DNA of 64,000 bases, from assembly GCA_023390655.1 (NCBI GenBank), contig JAEWCL010000015.1, positions 48,946-112,945 of the forward strand. The letters run 5' to 3'. This stretch comes from Bacillota bacterium (GTDB lineage: Bacteria; Bacillota; Clostridia; Christensenellales; CAG-138). Below the pieces are notes generated by a model that was not told the origin of the DNA, ran no database searches, and worked only from the letters and a program-made list of their open reading frames with translations. Positions 10,114-19,615 of this stretch are shown here, one piece after another (the stretch's first letter is position 1; each line of letters opens with the position of its first letter). The position numbers and the translations under genes are program-made.

Positions 10114-10151
10114 GTTAAGCATGCCTCTGTTTTCGCAGAGGCATGCTTAAC
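10114..10151 (-). terminator. strong hairpin 3' of the GatZ-like gene (putative operon terminator)
   Basis: Perfect 16-bp stem GTTAAGCATGCCTCTG / CAGAGGCATGCTTAAC with a 6-nt loop. On the minus strand it is followed by GCTGTTTGCC, a weak U-tract. Confidence 0.5.
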
Positions 10152-10213
10152 GTTCGCGGGAGATCCCTCAATTCAGAACTTCCTTCTCCGCAAGGAAGAC
10201 CACTGCGAATAAA

Positions 10214-11488
10214 CTAACGATATGTTCTGATTACATCCTTGATGCGCTCTTTAATTAACAGTTCCGCAGATACCTTATTATGAGAAGCAAGAACTTTTTC
10301 TTTTTGCTCGGGGAAATATTGGGATATCAATCCGAACGGAAGCTCTGCCGCATTAATATTTTTTATCAGCCGTGCAATGGATGCTTTTACCTCTCCCTCA
10401 TCAAGATAATACCTGCTTCGATCGCTCAGACTAAATTTGCGCGCATATGCCTTATCCTGACTGCTGCCGTGATAGTATTTTCTCCAGTATTTATCATCAC
10501 TCATCAGCTTTGCCTCAAGAGTATCTCGAAAACAGGAGTACCCTCCAGCCGGTGAAAACGGATATAAGATTTTCTCCATGTCTTCAAGCGCAAACAATGA
10601 CTCACGCAATGCAAACGTCAAAGCGGGTCCCACCTTCAAAATCGCGATGCCGTCTTCCCGCATCTTGGAAAGCAATGCCTTAGGCTGATAGTCCGTTGAG
10701 TGACCTTCAAGTACCAAACCTTCAATATTCTTCGCATATTGCGTGAGTGATTGCGCTTTCTGCGAATCATACTTAATAATTGTATTGTCCGCAAATTCAG
10801 CTCCCGGCTGAACGACGACCGCAATAGTCCGTCCCCATGCATTCGCAAGCCCTTCTCTTATAAACGCATCTTTAAATGCAATCAAAGTAGCCTCCAAGTC
10901 TTGTGGTGATGTGATTGCGATTGAGTCTTCATTCTCTGTTGCACCGCCTGGAATTGGCACTTCGCTTCCAATGACGTACACTGGCTTATTATCCCCGGCT
11001 ACAGCTTCTGCGGCCACACAAAGCCTAGCTGCACGTTTTGCAATAATGCTGTTTGGCAGCCTTTGCGTACTAGAGTCGCTTGCAAGACGCATGCTCGTAT
11101 CCAAATGAATTTTGGAGAAACCTGCAGACACATACTGTCTAATGAGTTCCTCCGCCTTTGCCATGGCAATATCTTCGGTCTCGTTTTGCCAAGTCAGCGG
11201 TCCAAGATGATCTCCACCGACGATAAGCTGTCCCGCATCTAAGCCTACTCGAGTTGCTATACGTTGGACATACTTCATAAAATCCGCAGGACTCATTCCC
11301 GTATATCCTCCGAATTGGTTGACCTGATTTGCCGTAGCTTCAATCAGCACTACCAAACCGTTATCCTGGCCATCCTCCATCGCCGCTTCAAGTACAAGCT
11401 CATTTGCACTACAAATGGAACAGATCCCCACACTAGATCCTCTTTTTTGAGCTTGGATGAGATTACGAAAGTATTCGATCGTATCCAT
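10214..11488 (-). CDS. GatZ/KbaZ/AgaZ-family protein (tagatose-phosphate epimerase or aldolase-accessory type)
   Basis: Trimmed to ATG 11488 (AAGGAG upstream). VGICSICSAN...VLIEATANQVNQFGGYTGMSPADF matches the GatZ/KbaZ N-terminus. Confidence 0.85.
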   Translation of the reverse strand: MDTIEYFRNLIQAQKRGSSVGICSICSANELVLEAAMEDGQDNGLVVLIEATANQVNQFGGYTGMSPADFMKYVQRIATRVGLDAGQLIVGGDHLGPLTWQNETEDIAMAKAEELIRQYVSAGFSKIHLDTSMRLASDSSTQRLPNSIIAKRAARLCVAAEAVAGDNKPVYVIGSEVPIPGGATENEDSIAITSPQDLEATLIAFKDAFIREGLANAWGRTIAVVVQPGAEFADNTIIKYDSQKAQSLTQYAKNIEGLVLEGHSTDYQPKALLSKMREDGIAILKVGPALTFALRESLFALEDMEKILYPFSPAGGYSCFRDTLEAKLMSDDKYWRKYYHGSSQDKAYARKFSLSDRSRYYLDEGEVKASIARLIKNINAAELPFGLISQYFPEQKEKVLASHNKVSAELLIKERIKDVIRTYR

Positions 11489-11496
11489 ATTACTCC

Positions 11497-12507
11497 TTAC
11501 TGTACAATGGTCCCGTCCAGATCCCAGAGATCCTTCCAATCGTTTGCACCAGGCCAGAGAAATACCTGTCCTTTGATAAGGCGGCAGTTTCGGTCTACGC
11601 CTTTGAGAATTTCCATTTCGGCATCGCTAAGCGGATCTTCAGTTACGCACCTGAGATTACTCGTATACTCGTGTTCTTTGATCGAAAACGGAATTGGCGT
11701 CTGGCCACGCTGCACCGCCCACTTGATGCAAATAATGGCTGGATGCACGCCATGTGCGTGCGCAATCTGCACAAGCTCCGGTATTTGGATATCAACAACA
11801 TCATCCGCCGTTTTGTCGCGGTCCGGGCGGGTGGGCGAACCAATCGGGCAAAATCCAATGGGCTGGATATTATGCCTTTTCACATAATCAAACAGCTCCG
11901 GTTGCTGAAAGCTGGGATGCAGTTCCATTTCAATCGCAGCGGGCTTAATCTTACACAAGGGCAATACCGCTTCCAGTTTCGGGATGGTCATATTGGACAT
12001 GCCAATATAGCGGGTAAGTCCCATTTCAACGAGCCGTTCGCACTGATGCCACGTTTGCATAAAGCGTTCGACCGAGAAAGGCCTTGAATTGGGATTTCTG
12101 GAATCGCCGTCACAGCCAGGAGCGTGGTAGTTGGCAAACGGCCAATGCACAAAAAACAAGTCCAAATAGTCAAGCCGCAGCTCCTTAAGGCTTTTTGCGC
12201 AGGAAAGCAACACATCGCCCCTGCCATGCATATCGTTCCAAACCTTTGTGGTAATAAACAGTTCTTCACGCCTAACAATCTCGTTGTCAAACGCATCTTG
12301 GAACACATTGCCGATCCTATCTTCATTCTCGTATACCGCAGCGCAATCAAACATGCGATAACCCACCTTGATTGCACCGGATACGGCAGATGATACTTGC
12401 TCTGGCGTAAATCGATCGGATCCAAAAGTTCCCATCCCAATGCAAGGCATCTTGCCACCATCAAACAACGTTCTCTGCATCACTTTCTTGGGGTCAATAA
12501 ATTCCAT
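11497..12507 (-). CDS. aldo/keto reductase
   Basis: Motifs seen: GMGTFG, FDCAAVYENE, LDYLDLFFVHWP. Confidence 0.85.
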   Translation of the reverse strand: MEFIDPKKVMQRTLFDGGKMPCIGMGTFGSDRFTPEQVSSAVSGAIKVGYRMFDCAAVYENEDRIGNVFQDAFDNEIVRREELFITTKVWNDMHGRGDVLLSCAKSLKELRLDYLDLFFVHWPFANYHAPGCDGDSRNPNSRPFSVERFMQTWHQCERLVEMGLTRYIGMSNMTIPKLEAVLPLCKIKPAAIEMELHPSFQQPELFDYVKRHNIQPIGFCPIGSPTRPDRDKTADDVVDIQIPELVQIAHAHGVHPAIICIKWAVQRGQTPIPFSIKEHEYTSNLRCVTEDPLSDAEMEILKGVDRNCRLIKGQVFLWPGANDWKDLWDLDGTIVQ

Positions 12508-12522
12508 TTGCCTTTCCCTCCA

Positions 12523-13572
12523 TCATAAGTTGTTTACCAACAAAATTTTCCCGTTGACCGCGCCTGGCGTTTTAAAGAGTTGAAATGCTTCCTGTGCTCG
12601 GCTCATCGGGAGGCGTTCCCCGATAAGTCCCTCATCGAATTTTAACTTGCCCTGGGCATAATACTCCGCCGTCATACTCCACTCCTTGCCGGGAAACGGG
12701 GCACTGTAGCTCATCCAGGAGCCAGTGAGCTTAAACTCCTTACGGTTCATGTTCTCCCACTCCGCTGGTGTAAAGCTCAATTCGGTGTGTGGTGTTCCTA
12801 TAAAGCAAACCTGCGATTTATTGGCGGCAAGCTTGAATGCGATTTTCATAGTTGCGGTCACGCCCGCAGTCTCAAATACATAGTCGAACCCGCTGCCTCC
12901 GCAGATATCCATTGTGCGATTCATGGAATCCTCTTCACGTGTATTGACCGTGCCGTCAGCCCCCAAGCGTTTTGCAAGTTCCAGCCGGCTGTCACTAATA
13001 TCAAACGCAATTACTTTTTTTGCTCCGAGAAGCTTTGCCCACTGCAATGTAAAAATACCGATCGTTCCCATGCCCAATACAGCGACCGTACCGCCTCCGC
13101 AGAATTCGTTCTGCAGCAGGCCGTGCAGCGCGATCGTGGATGGTTCAAACATAGCTCCCTGCTCAAAAGAGATGGATCGGTCAAATATTACTGCGTTTCG
13201 TTCGGGGATGACAATATAATCCGCATTGCTCCCCTGCTGCCGGGATCCTATGAAGCTGTAGTGCTTGCAAAGTGAATAATTTCCAATCTGGCAGTCCCCG
13301 CAAACCATACACGGGAGCAGCGGCACGCCCGAGACCCTGTCACCCACCTTCACCTTTGTCACGCCCGCGCCAACTTCCACGACTTCACCCGCAAATTCGT
13401 GCCCCAGTACAATCGGGTAAAAATGCACGCCATTGTAGAGCACACGCGGGATATCCGAGCCGCATATACCAGAAACGGCCACTTTTACCTTGATTGTTCC
13501 GTCCGTTACCTGAGGTTCCTCCATATCCAGATACTGAACGTCCTCATTCGCCACAACGACAGCTGCCTTCAT
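12523..13572 (-). CDS. zinc-dependent polyol(-phosphate) dehydrogenase, galactitol-1-P/sorbitol dehydrogenase-like
   Basis: Motifs seen: GICGSD, GHEFAG, CMVCGDCQIGNYSLC, VAVLGMGTIG. Confidence 0.85.
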   Translation of the reverse strand: MKAAVVVANEDVQYLDMEEPQVTDGTIKVKVAVSGICGSDIPRVLYNGVHFYPIVLGHEFAGEVVEVGAGVTKVKVGDRVSGVPLLPCMVCGDCQIGNYSLCKHYSFIGSRQQGSNADYIVIPERNAVIFDRSISFEQGAMFEPSTIALHGLLQNEFCGGGTVAVLGMGTIGIFTLQWAKLLGAKKVIAFDISDSRLELAKRLGADGTVNTREEDSMNRTMDICGGSGFDYVFETAGVTATMKIAFKLAANKSQVCFIGTPHTELSFTPAEWENMNRKEFKLTGSWMSYSAPFPGKEWSMTAEYYAQGKLKFDEGLIGERLPMSRAQEAFQLFKTPGAVNGKILLVNNL

Positions 13573-13580
13573 TTTTTACC

Positions 13581-15092
13581 TCACCGACTCATCAAATTTT
13601 TTAACGCGGCATAAAGCTCGCGATATGTTTCGTAGCCACGGTCATATTCGGCCTTGCGCGCATTATCCGGCTCATGTCTTCTCTTTAGCTGAACTGTTTC
13701 TTCAACCGCTTGGTCGAAGTCTCTGTACATGCCCACACCAACACCGGCAAGAAGTGCCGCCCCCAACGTTGTGGCAGTATCCGAAGCCGGAATCTCAATG
13801 GGCTTTCCGGTAACGTCGGATTTGATTTGTGTCCAAATCAGCGAGTTCGCGGCACCGCCCATGGACCGCATTGTCCAAACCGAAGCGCCCGCCTGAGAAG
13901 CAATCTCAAGGTTATGTCGCAGCGAATATGCCACGCCTTCCATGACTGCGCGCACCATGTGTGCCTTCGTCTTGGAATAGTCCAACCCATAAAACTGTCC
14001 TTTTGCTTTTTCATCCCAAATTGGCGAACGCTCGCCGGCCATATAGGGCAGAAATATCATGCCTTCGCTGCCGGCGGGCACTGTAGCGGCCAACATTCCG
14101 AGCCGCTCAAACGCGGAACCGCCTTCTGCCACCGCGCTCTGTTTTTCTTCAAAACCAAACTGATCCTGAAACCAGCGTAACGCACCACCACCTCCCGTTG
14201 TGCCTCCTTGCAGCAACCATCTTCCCGGAACCACATGAAAACTTAAAATAAGCCTTGGATCTGCGCAGTACTGTTTTAGACAAATGCTCAGCCCTCCGGC
14301 CTGCCCGCCCTGCTCTTGCGTCTGACCCTCATGGAGTACACCGGCACCTAGCGTACCGCAGGCGGCATCGAGTCCGCCGGCGATAACCGGCGTTCCTTCT
14401 TTAAGTCCCATTTTTTGAGCTGCGCTTAACGAAAGCTTACCGACGACCTCTTCACAGGCCACAATTTCAGGCAAAAAACCGGCTTTTATTCCAAGGGAAT
14501 CGCGCATTCTATCATCCCAGCGTCCCTTTTTCATGTCAAAGCAATGCAACCCATAGCCTTGGGAGATATCCTGTGTTATCGCACCTGTCATGCGGAACAC
14601 AATAAAGCTGTTGGATTGGAGTATTTTATCAATTCTTCGGTATGTATCAGGCAGGGTTTCTTTATACCAGATAATTTTTCCAGTTGTGTACTGAGCCTTG
14701 AGGGGATTCCCACTTACGGAAAAGAGCTCTTCCGCCCCTATGGTTTCGTTTAATTTCCTACAGATCGCCTCACTGCGCGTATCCATCCAAATCGGATTTC
14801 GGGTGAGCACTTCTCCTTGGCTATCGATTGCAATTGCTGCCCAGCTCTGTCCGTCCACACCAATGCCTGCAATATCTCCTGGATTGATAGCACTATTTTC
14901 AATGAGCCTTTTAGTACCGCTGCAAACTGCCGCCCACCAATCGTCTGGCTCCTGCTCAGCAAAACCCGGTGCAGGATAAAAAATCGGATATTCTTCTGTA
15001 GCAGTACCCACAACTTTTCCGTCACGCTCAAAAATTGCAATCTTGCACGCACTGGTTCCGATATCTATGCCCAATAGTAATTCTCTCGGCAT
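13581..15092 (-). CDS. FGGY-family carbohydrate kinase (xylulokinase-like)
   Basis: LLGIDIGTSACKIAIF N-terminus, a 503-aa two-domain length, and GGAANSLIWTQI near the C-terminus. Confidence 0.9.
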   Translation of the reverse strand: MPRELLLGIDIGTSACKIAIFERDGKVVGTATEEYPIFYPAPGFAEQEPDDWWAAVCSGTKRLIENSAINPGDIAGIGVDGQSWAAIAIDSQGEVLTRNPIWMDTRSEAICRKLNETIGAEELFSVSGNPLKAQYTTGKIIWYKETLPDTYRRIDKILQSNSFIVFRMTGAITQDISQGYGLHCFDMKKGRWDDRMRDSLGIKAGFLPEIVACEEVVGKLSLSAAQKMGLKEGTPVIAGGLDAACGTLGAGVLHEGQTQEQGGQAGGLSICLKQYCADPRLILSFHVVPGRWLLQGGTTGGGGALRWFQDQFGFEEKQSAVAEGGSAFERLGMLAATVPAGSEGMIFLPYMAGERSPIWDEKAKGQFYGLDYSKTKAHMVRAVMEGVAYSLRHNLEIASQAGASVWTMRSMGGAANSLIWTQIKSDVTGKPIEIPASDTATTLGAALLAGVGVGMYRDFDQAVEETVQLKRRHEPDNARKAEYDRGYETYRELYAALKNLMSR

Positions 15093-15094
15093 TT

Positions 15095-15541
15095 TTACTT
15101 GACAACTCCTTTTTGAATCATGACATTTGCATAAATTGCTTCCTCACCTGATTGGACAATACAATAGGATTTTTTTGCTTCCTTATAAAATTCAAATCTA
15201 TCTAGGAAGCCGATGATTGCTTCCCCGCGCACATCGTGCCGGGTTGCGATACTTTTATATTCATCCCAAATAGGAATTGCGAGATCGCGGTCACATTCCA
15301 TTGTTTGCATCAATTTGATGGGCTGTTCAATATATGCGTCACACGGAATTACTTTTAAAATAGCCTCAAGCAACTCCGTGCCGGGAATGCCGTCCATACG
15401 CAGGAACTTACAGCCTCCTTCCGCCGCAAACCGTTTTCCAGGAAAATTCGCATCTCCAATGACAATGACATCACTATGTCCCATTTCACAAAGCACGGAC
15501 AATAGTTCAGGTGAAAGAAGTTTTGGCATTCCCAACAGCAT
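15095..15541 (-). CDS. RbsD/FucU-family sugar mutarotase (FucU-like)
   Basis: LLSPELLSVLCEMGHSDVIVIGDANFP closely resembles the N-terminus of E. coli FucU. Confidence 0.85.
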   Translation of the reverse strand: MLLGMPKLLSPELLSVLCEMGHSDVIVIGDANFPGKRFAAEGGCKFLRMDGIPGTELLEAILKVIPCDAYIEQPIKLMQTMECDRDLAIPIWDEYKSIATRHDVRGEAIIGFLDRFEFYKEAKKSYCIVQSGEEAIYANVMIQKGVVK

Positions 15542-15594
15542 CGGTTATACTCCTTTTCTGTCAATAAAAACCCGTTAACAGCCGACCTAAGATT

Positions 15595-15623
15595 GGGGGG
15601 GCAGCTAGCATTTACTGCCCCCC
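15595..15623 (-). other. intercistronic stem-loop immediately 3' of the SBP gene
   Basis: GGGGGGGCAG...CTGCCCCCC, a 9-bp GC stem located 14 nt after the SBP stop. Confidence 0.45.
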
Positions 15624-15636
15624 AGGATCAAGTTTT

Positions 15637-16788
15637 CTATTCGTAGAGCAACGGTGCAATTTTCGGATCATCCATGTTCTCGCTGGTATAATACTGGCAG
15701 CCTGTGTCCACAAGAGGCTCAACCTTTTCGCCGTTGAGGGTCTTGACGGCAAGTTCAACCGCGTAATAACCAATCATATAAGGATCTTGGGTAACAGCGC
15801 CGTGGAACCATTTGTTCTTGACTGCGTTAAGTAAGGTCGCGCCAGAGTCAAAGCCAACGACAGTGATGTCCTTGTAACGGCCATTTTCACGGTCAAGGTC
15901 GGAACCGTCCGCAGTTGCAGCCAACATTCCATCAACAGAACCGGAATTGGTGCAGAAGACACCAAGCGGGGCTCTTTGAATGACGGCCTGTGCAGCAGTC
16001 TGGCAGTCGGTAACGTTTGTAGACGCAGCGATGGAGACAAGAATTTCAACCGCCATATCGCCAGAGCTGGAAGCTTTATTCCACTTATCATGGCCAGTTA
16101 CAGCGACGAGACCAGGTTGTGCGGCATCACAAAGTTCGAACATCTTATCAACAAACCCTGTTGTACGGCCAGTAATAGAAGCTGACGTCGCATCCTGACT
16201 TATAACAGCAATCACGACAGGCTTATCCTTTGTTGCAGCTTTGATGGCTGCACCGATGGATTCAATCTTGAACATGGTATCGGCCGCAAGCGCACCTGCA
16301 GCTTCATTATCCGTAGAAGCCGTAGATACGATTGAGCCTTGGGGAGCATTTGGAACGCCCGAGTCAAAACCAATTACCGGAATATTCTTGCTCATGCAGG
16401 CATTCAGCTGCTCAGTCACGGATTCGGTATCAAGCGCAGCAAGGCACAGCGCAGCAGGGTTCTTTGCAAGAACAGCATTGAGCATGTCAACCTGGATGTT
16501 GATGTCGGACTCCGAAGGCGGTCCGTCAAATGTGAAATCGACATTGTACTTTTCCGCGGCATCTTTCGCACCCAATTGTACGGTCTGCCAGAATTTATGC
16601 TGGAACCCTTTGGAGATGATCGCAATGTAAGGTTTCCCGGCAGCGGGTTCAGGTTCCGTTGTCTCTGCCGTGGTGGGAGCAGGAGCAGGGGTAGGTTCTG
16701 TGGAAGTAACCGGGGTCTGCGGTGCCGCGCACGCCGCCATCGAGAGTACCATGGCAAACGCAACCAGCAATGCCCAAGCCTTCTTCAT
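15637..16788 (-). CDS. ribose/galactose-type (PBP-I) sugar ABC substrate-binding lipoprotein
   Basis: Signal peptide with lipobox (LSMAAC), a Pro/Thr/Ala/Glu linker, and a PBP-I-like body. Confidence 0.85.
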   Translation of the reverse strand: MKKAWALLVAFAMVLSMAACAAPQTPVTSTEPTPAPAPTTAETTEPEPAAGKPYIAIISKGFQHKFWQTVQLGAKDAAEKYNVDFTFDGPPSESDINIQVDMLNAVLAKNPAALCLAALDTESVTEQLNACMSKNIPVIGFDSGVPNAPQGSIVSTASTDNEAAGALAADTMFKIESIGAAIKAATKDKPVVIAVISQDATSASITGRTTGFVDKMFELCDAAQPGLVAVTGHDKWNKASSSGDMAVEILVSIAASTNVTDCQTAAQAVIQRAPLGVFCTNSGSVDGMLAATADGSDLDRENGRYKDITVVGFDSGATLLNAVKNKWFHGAVTQDPYMIGYYAVELAVKTLNGEKVEPLVDTGCQYYTSENMDDPKIAPLLYE

Positions 16789-16862
16789 AATGTGGTCCTC
16801 CTTTAATAATGTTTTTATATCCCGGGATGCCCGGAATTCATATGCAAAAGGACGAAAGGGGG

Positions 16863-17837
16863 CTAGAATTTTTTCAGCTTGTTACTTTGACGGATACGGT
16901 ACTGGTCCAAAAGAACCGCGCCAATCACAACCGCGCCTGTAAAAAACGTTTGCCAGTGGCTTTGCAGGCCCATAGACATGAGCCCCTGCTTAAGAACACT
17001 CATAATAAACACACCAATGATCGTACCTATAAGCGTGCCGGTACCACCGCTCATACTAGTACCGCCTATTACAACGCCCGCAATCCCCAAGAGTTCCTGC
17101 CCGTTACCGGTAGAAGGAATAATCGAAGTATACACGGCCGCATACATAATCCCCGCCAAACCACTGCAAAATCCGCAGAATGTATAAATTGATGTAAGCC
17201 AGGGACGTATTTTAATTCCGGAAAGGCGTGCCGCCTCACTATTGGAGCCGATTGCAAATGTATACCGCCCAAACCTTGTTTTGTTTAGCAGAACGAACGC
17301 AATCAGAAAGAAAACCAGCAGCCAGGCTGCACCTAGTGGAATACCGCTCGTCGTTTTATAAAACACATTTTTAAACCAGCCATCGGCTGTTCCGAATGTA
17401 GGGTAGCGCATTGTCTGGACTTTTGTGACGATAGCCCCAAATCCCATACCCATCATCATCATGCCAAGCGTGGCAATAAAGGGGGGCAGCTTCAAATAGG
17501 CAATCAGCAAGCCGTTCAGGAACCCGATAAACGTTGCAAGCGCGACCACAAGAAGCAGGCACCAACCCATTGGCCAATGAAGAACGTTATAAGCAGCACC
17601 GCCGACCAAGGCAGCACACATCATTGTGGTTCCGAGCGAAAGATCAATCCCTCCGGTAATGATGACAAACGTGACGCCAATTGCCATAAATCCGATATAG
17701 TAGGAGCCATCAAGAATATTAATCAGATAATCTGTGGAAAAAAAGTTTTTACCGAAGATGGAGAAGAACATATACAGAATTACCAATACCGCCGGGGCCA
17801 GGAACTTTGTAATATCAATTTTCTTTTTGCTATTCAT
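16863..17837 (-). CDS. sugar ABC transporter permease (RbsC-like, CUT2)
   Basis: 324-aa polytopic protein with a GGIDLSLG motif. Confidence 0.9.
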   Translation of the reverse strand: MNSKKKIDITKFLAPAVLVILYMFFSIFGKNFFSTDYLINILDGSYYIGFMAIGVTFVIITGGIDLSLGTTMMCAALVGGAAYNVLHWPMGWCLLLVVALATFIGFLNGLLIAYLKLPPFIATLGMMMMGMGFGAIVTKVQTMRYPTFGTADGWFKNVFYKTTSGIPLGAAWLLVFFLIAFVLLNKTRFGRYTFAIGSNSEAARLSGIKIRPWLTSIYTFCGFCSGLAGIMYAAVYTSIIPSTGNGQELLGIAGVVIGGTSMSGGTGTLIGTIIGVFIMSVLKQGLMSMGLQSHWQTFFTGAVVIGAVLLDQYRIRQSNKLKKF

Positions 17838-17848
17838 TCAAGTATCCC

Positions 17849-19339
17849 TCACATATTCATAGTTGCCAGTGACATGATCTTTTCCTGCGTTACATCGGCT
17901 ATATCAAGTTCGCCTGTTATGCAGCCCTCGCGCATTACAATGAGCCGATCGCTCATGCGCAGCAATTCAGGCATCTCGGACGAGATCATAATAATCGACT
18001 TCCCCTCTTCAGCAAGCGAATTCATCAGCTTATAAATCTCCTGCTTGGCCCCCACATCGATCCCGCGCGTAGGTTCATCAAAAATCAGGATGTCGCTATT
18101 TCGAATCAACCACTTGGAAACGACCACTTTCTGTTGGTTGCCGCCCGAGAGATTCTTGACGAGCTGCTTTGAAGACGGGGTTTTAATGCCAATTTTTTTG
18201 ACGAATTCATCGGATATCTTTTCAATCTTTGTGTCATTTGTGAAGGGACCAAACATGAACTGTTCCAAACTCGCCATCACACAGTTATCTCGGACGCTTA
18301 AATTAACGGCTAAGCCCAGCGCTTTTCTGTCTTCTGACAGGTAGCAAATGCCGTTTTTAATTGCATCGCTGGGAGATTTAATGCTGACCTTCCTGCCATT
18401 TATGATGATCTCCCCTCCGGTTGCCGTATCCGCACCAAACAATGCGCGCATGGTCTCGGTACGCCCGGCCCCCATAAGACCTGCGAAGCCGAGAATTTCT
18501 CCTTTTCTTAATTCAAAAGAAACATCCTTTACGTTGTTTCCTATGAGATGCTTTACTTGCAGCACGACCGGAGCATCCGGAGGCACATTGCTCCTCGTCT
18601 TTGGTTCCTCATAAATCGTGCGTCCGACCATCATACTGATGATTTCTTCTTTTGTAGTAGCATTTGTATCAACCGTACCTACATATTGGCCGTCACGCAT
18701 CACCGTAATACGGTCGCTGATTTGCGCAAGCTCATCTAGACGATGTGAGATATATACGATTCCATGCCCCTTATCCTTCAAACCGCGAATTACTTTGAAG
18801 AGTTCCTGAATTTCATTTTCAGTCAGCGCTGCAGTGGGTTCATCCATAATAAGCAACTCGCTCTCATAAGAAAGCGCCTTTGCGATTTCCACCATTTGCT
18901 GCTTTGCGACGGTCAACCTTCCTGCTGGGATCGTCGGCTCAATGCTCACATTGAGGGCATTTAGCATTTCTCGCGCTTGCTTGTTTTCACTTATCTGATC
19001 TATAAACATCCCTCGTTTGGGTTCTTTTCCGATAAAGATATTCTGCGATACCGTAAGATGGGGCATCAAATTCAGTTCCTGGTGAATAATGCCGATTCCC
19101 ATTTCTTGCGCATGCAGTGGGTCCGTAGGCTCAATTTCTTTTCCACGCAACTTTATGGATCCGGCATCCTTTGTGTAGATACCGGACAAGATTTTCATCA
19201 GCGTGGACTTTCCTGCTCCATTTTCGCCCACGAGTGCAAGTACCTCCCCTTTGTTTACACAAAGAGAGGCGTTATCCAATGCGTGAACGCCCGGAAAGTA
19301 CTTTTGAATCCCCGTCATTTCAAGCAATACTTCAGCCAC
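17849..19339 (-). CDS. sugar ABC transporter ATP-binding protein (two NBDs, RbsA-like)
   Basis: Walker A GENGAGKST, signature LSGGNQQK, and a duplicated NBD. A GTG start at 19339 after AAGGGA is preferred over the track's TTG at 19357. Confidence 0.9.
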   Translation of the reverse strand: MAEVLLEMTGIQKYFPGVHALDNASLCVNKGEVLALVGENGAGKSTLMKILSGIYTKDAGSIKLRGKEIEPTDPLHAQEMGIGIIHQELNLMPHLTVSQNIFIGKEPKRGMFIDQISENKQAREMLNALNVSIEPTIPAGRLTVAKQQMVEIAKALSYESELLIMDEPTAALTENEIQELFKVIRGLKDKGHGIVYISHRLDELAQISDRITVMRDGQYVGTVDTNATTKEEIISMMVGRTIYEEPKTRSNVPPDAPVVLQVKHLIGNNVKDVSFELRKGEILGFAGLMGAGRTETMRALFGADTATGGEIIINGRKVSIKSPSDAIKNGICYLSEDRKALGLAVNLSVRDNCVMASLEQFMFGPFTNDTKIEKISDEFVKKIGIKTPSSKQLVKNLSGGNQQKVVVSKWLIRNSDILIFDEPTRGIDVGAKQEIYKLMNSLAEEGKSIIMISSEMPELLRMSDRLIVMREGCITGELDIADVTQEKIMSLATMNM

Positions 19340-19477
19340 AATGGTATCCCTTCTCAATTGAATTGTATTGAAATTGTTTTAATGAATTATTCCGATCAGC
19401 ACACCTTATCGCGAATTGCTTAATATTAATTATATTGTTGGGAAATTTGTTGTCAACGAATAACGATTAAATAAATA

Positions 19478-19491
19478 TTGAAACGTTTTAC
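19478..19491. promoter_or_regulatory. candidate LacI-type operator (CG-centred pseudo-palindrome)
   Basis: TTGAAACGTTTTAC, with 5 of 7 half-site symmetry. It is one of three ATTGAAA heptamers in the divergent intergenic region (the others start at 19367 and 19522). Confidence 0.35.
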
Positions 19492-19615
19492 TATAAAGCA
19501 TAACCGGCAATACACCCCCCCATTGAAACTGTTGATTTTGTTTCCCGGTATGTGTTATCTTATTGCTATGGGGAGGCTCGTTTGCCGCCCCGCCATTTAT
19601 AACAGGCGGTTAAAC

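Noticed and set aside
19478-19615. 46-aa N-terminal extension of the LacI-SBP fusion ORF (and similar 5' extensions at 2071, 2906, 11539, 25689, 29025, 34203, 43048, 52017, 59825, 61287, 62709)
   Set aside because: In every case an internal start with a good Shine-Dalgarno sequence coincides with the family-typical N-terminus. The extensions have no similarity and often overlap upstream genes.
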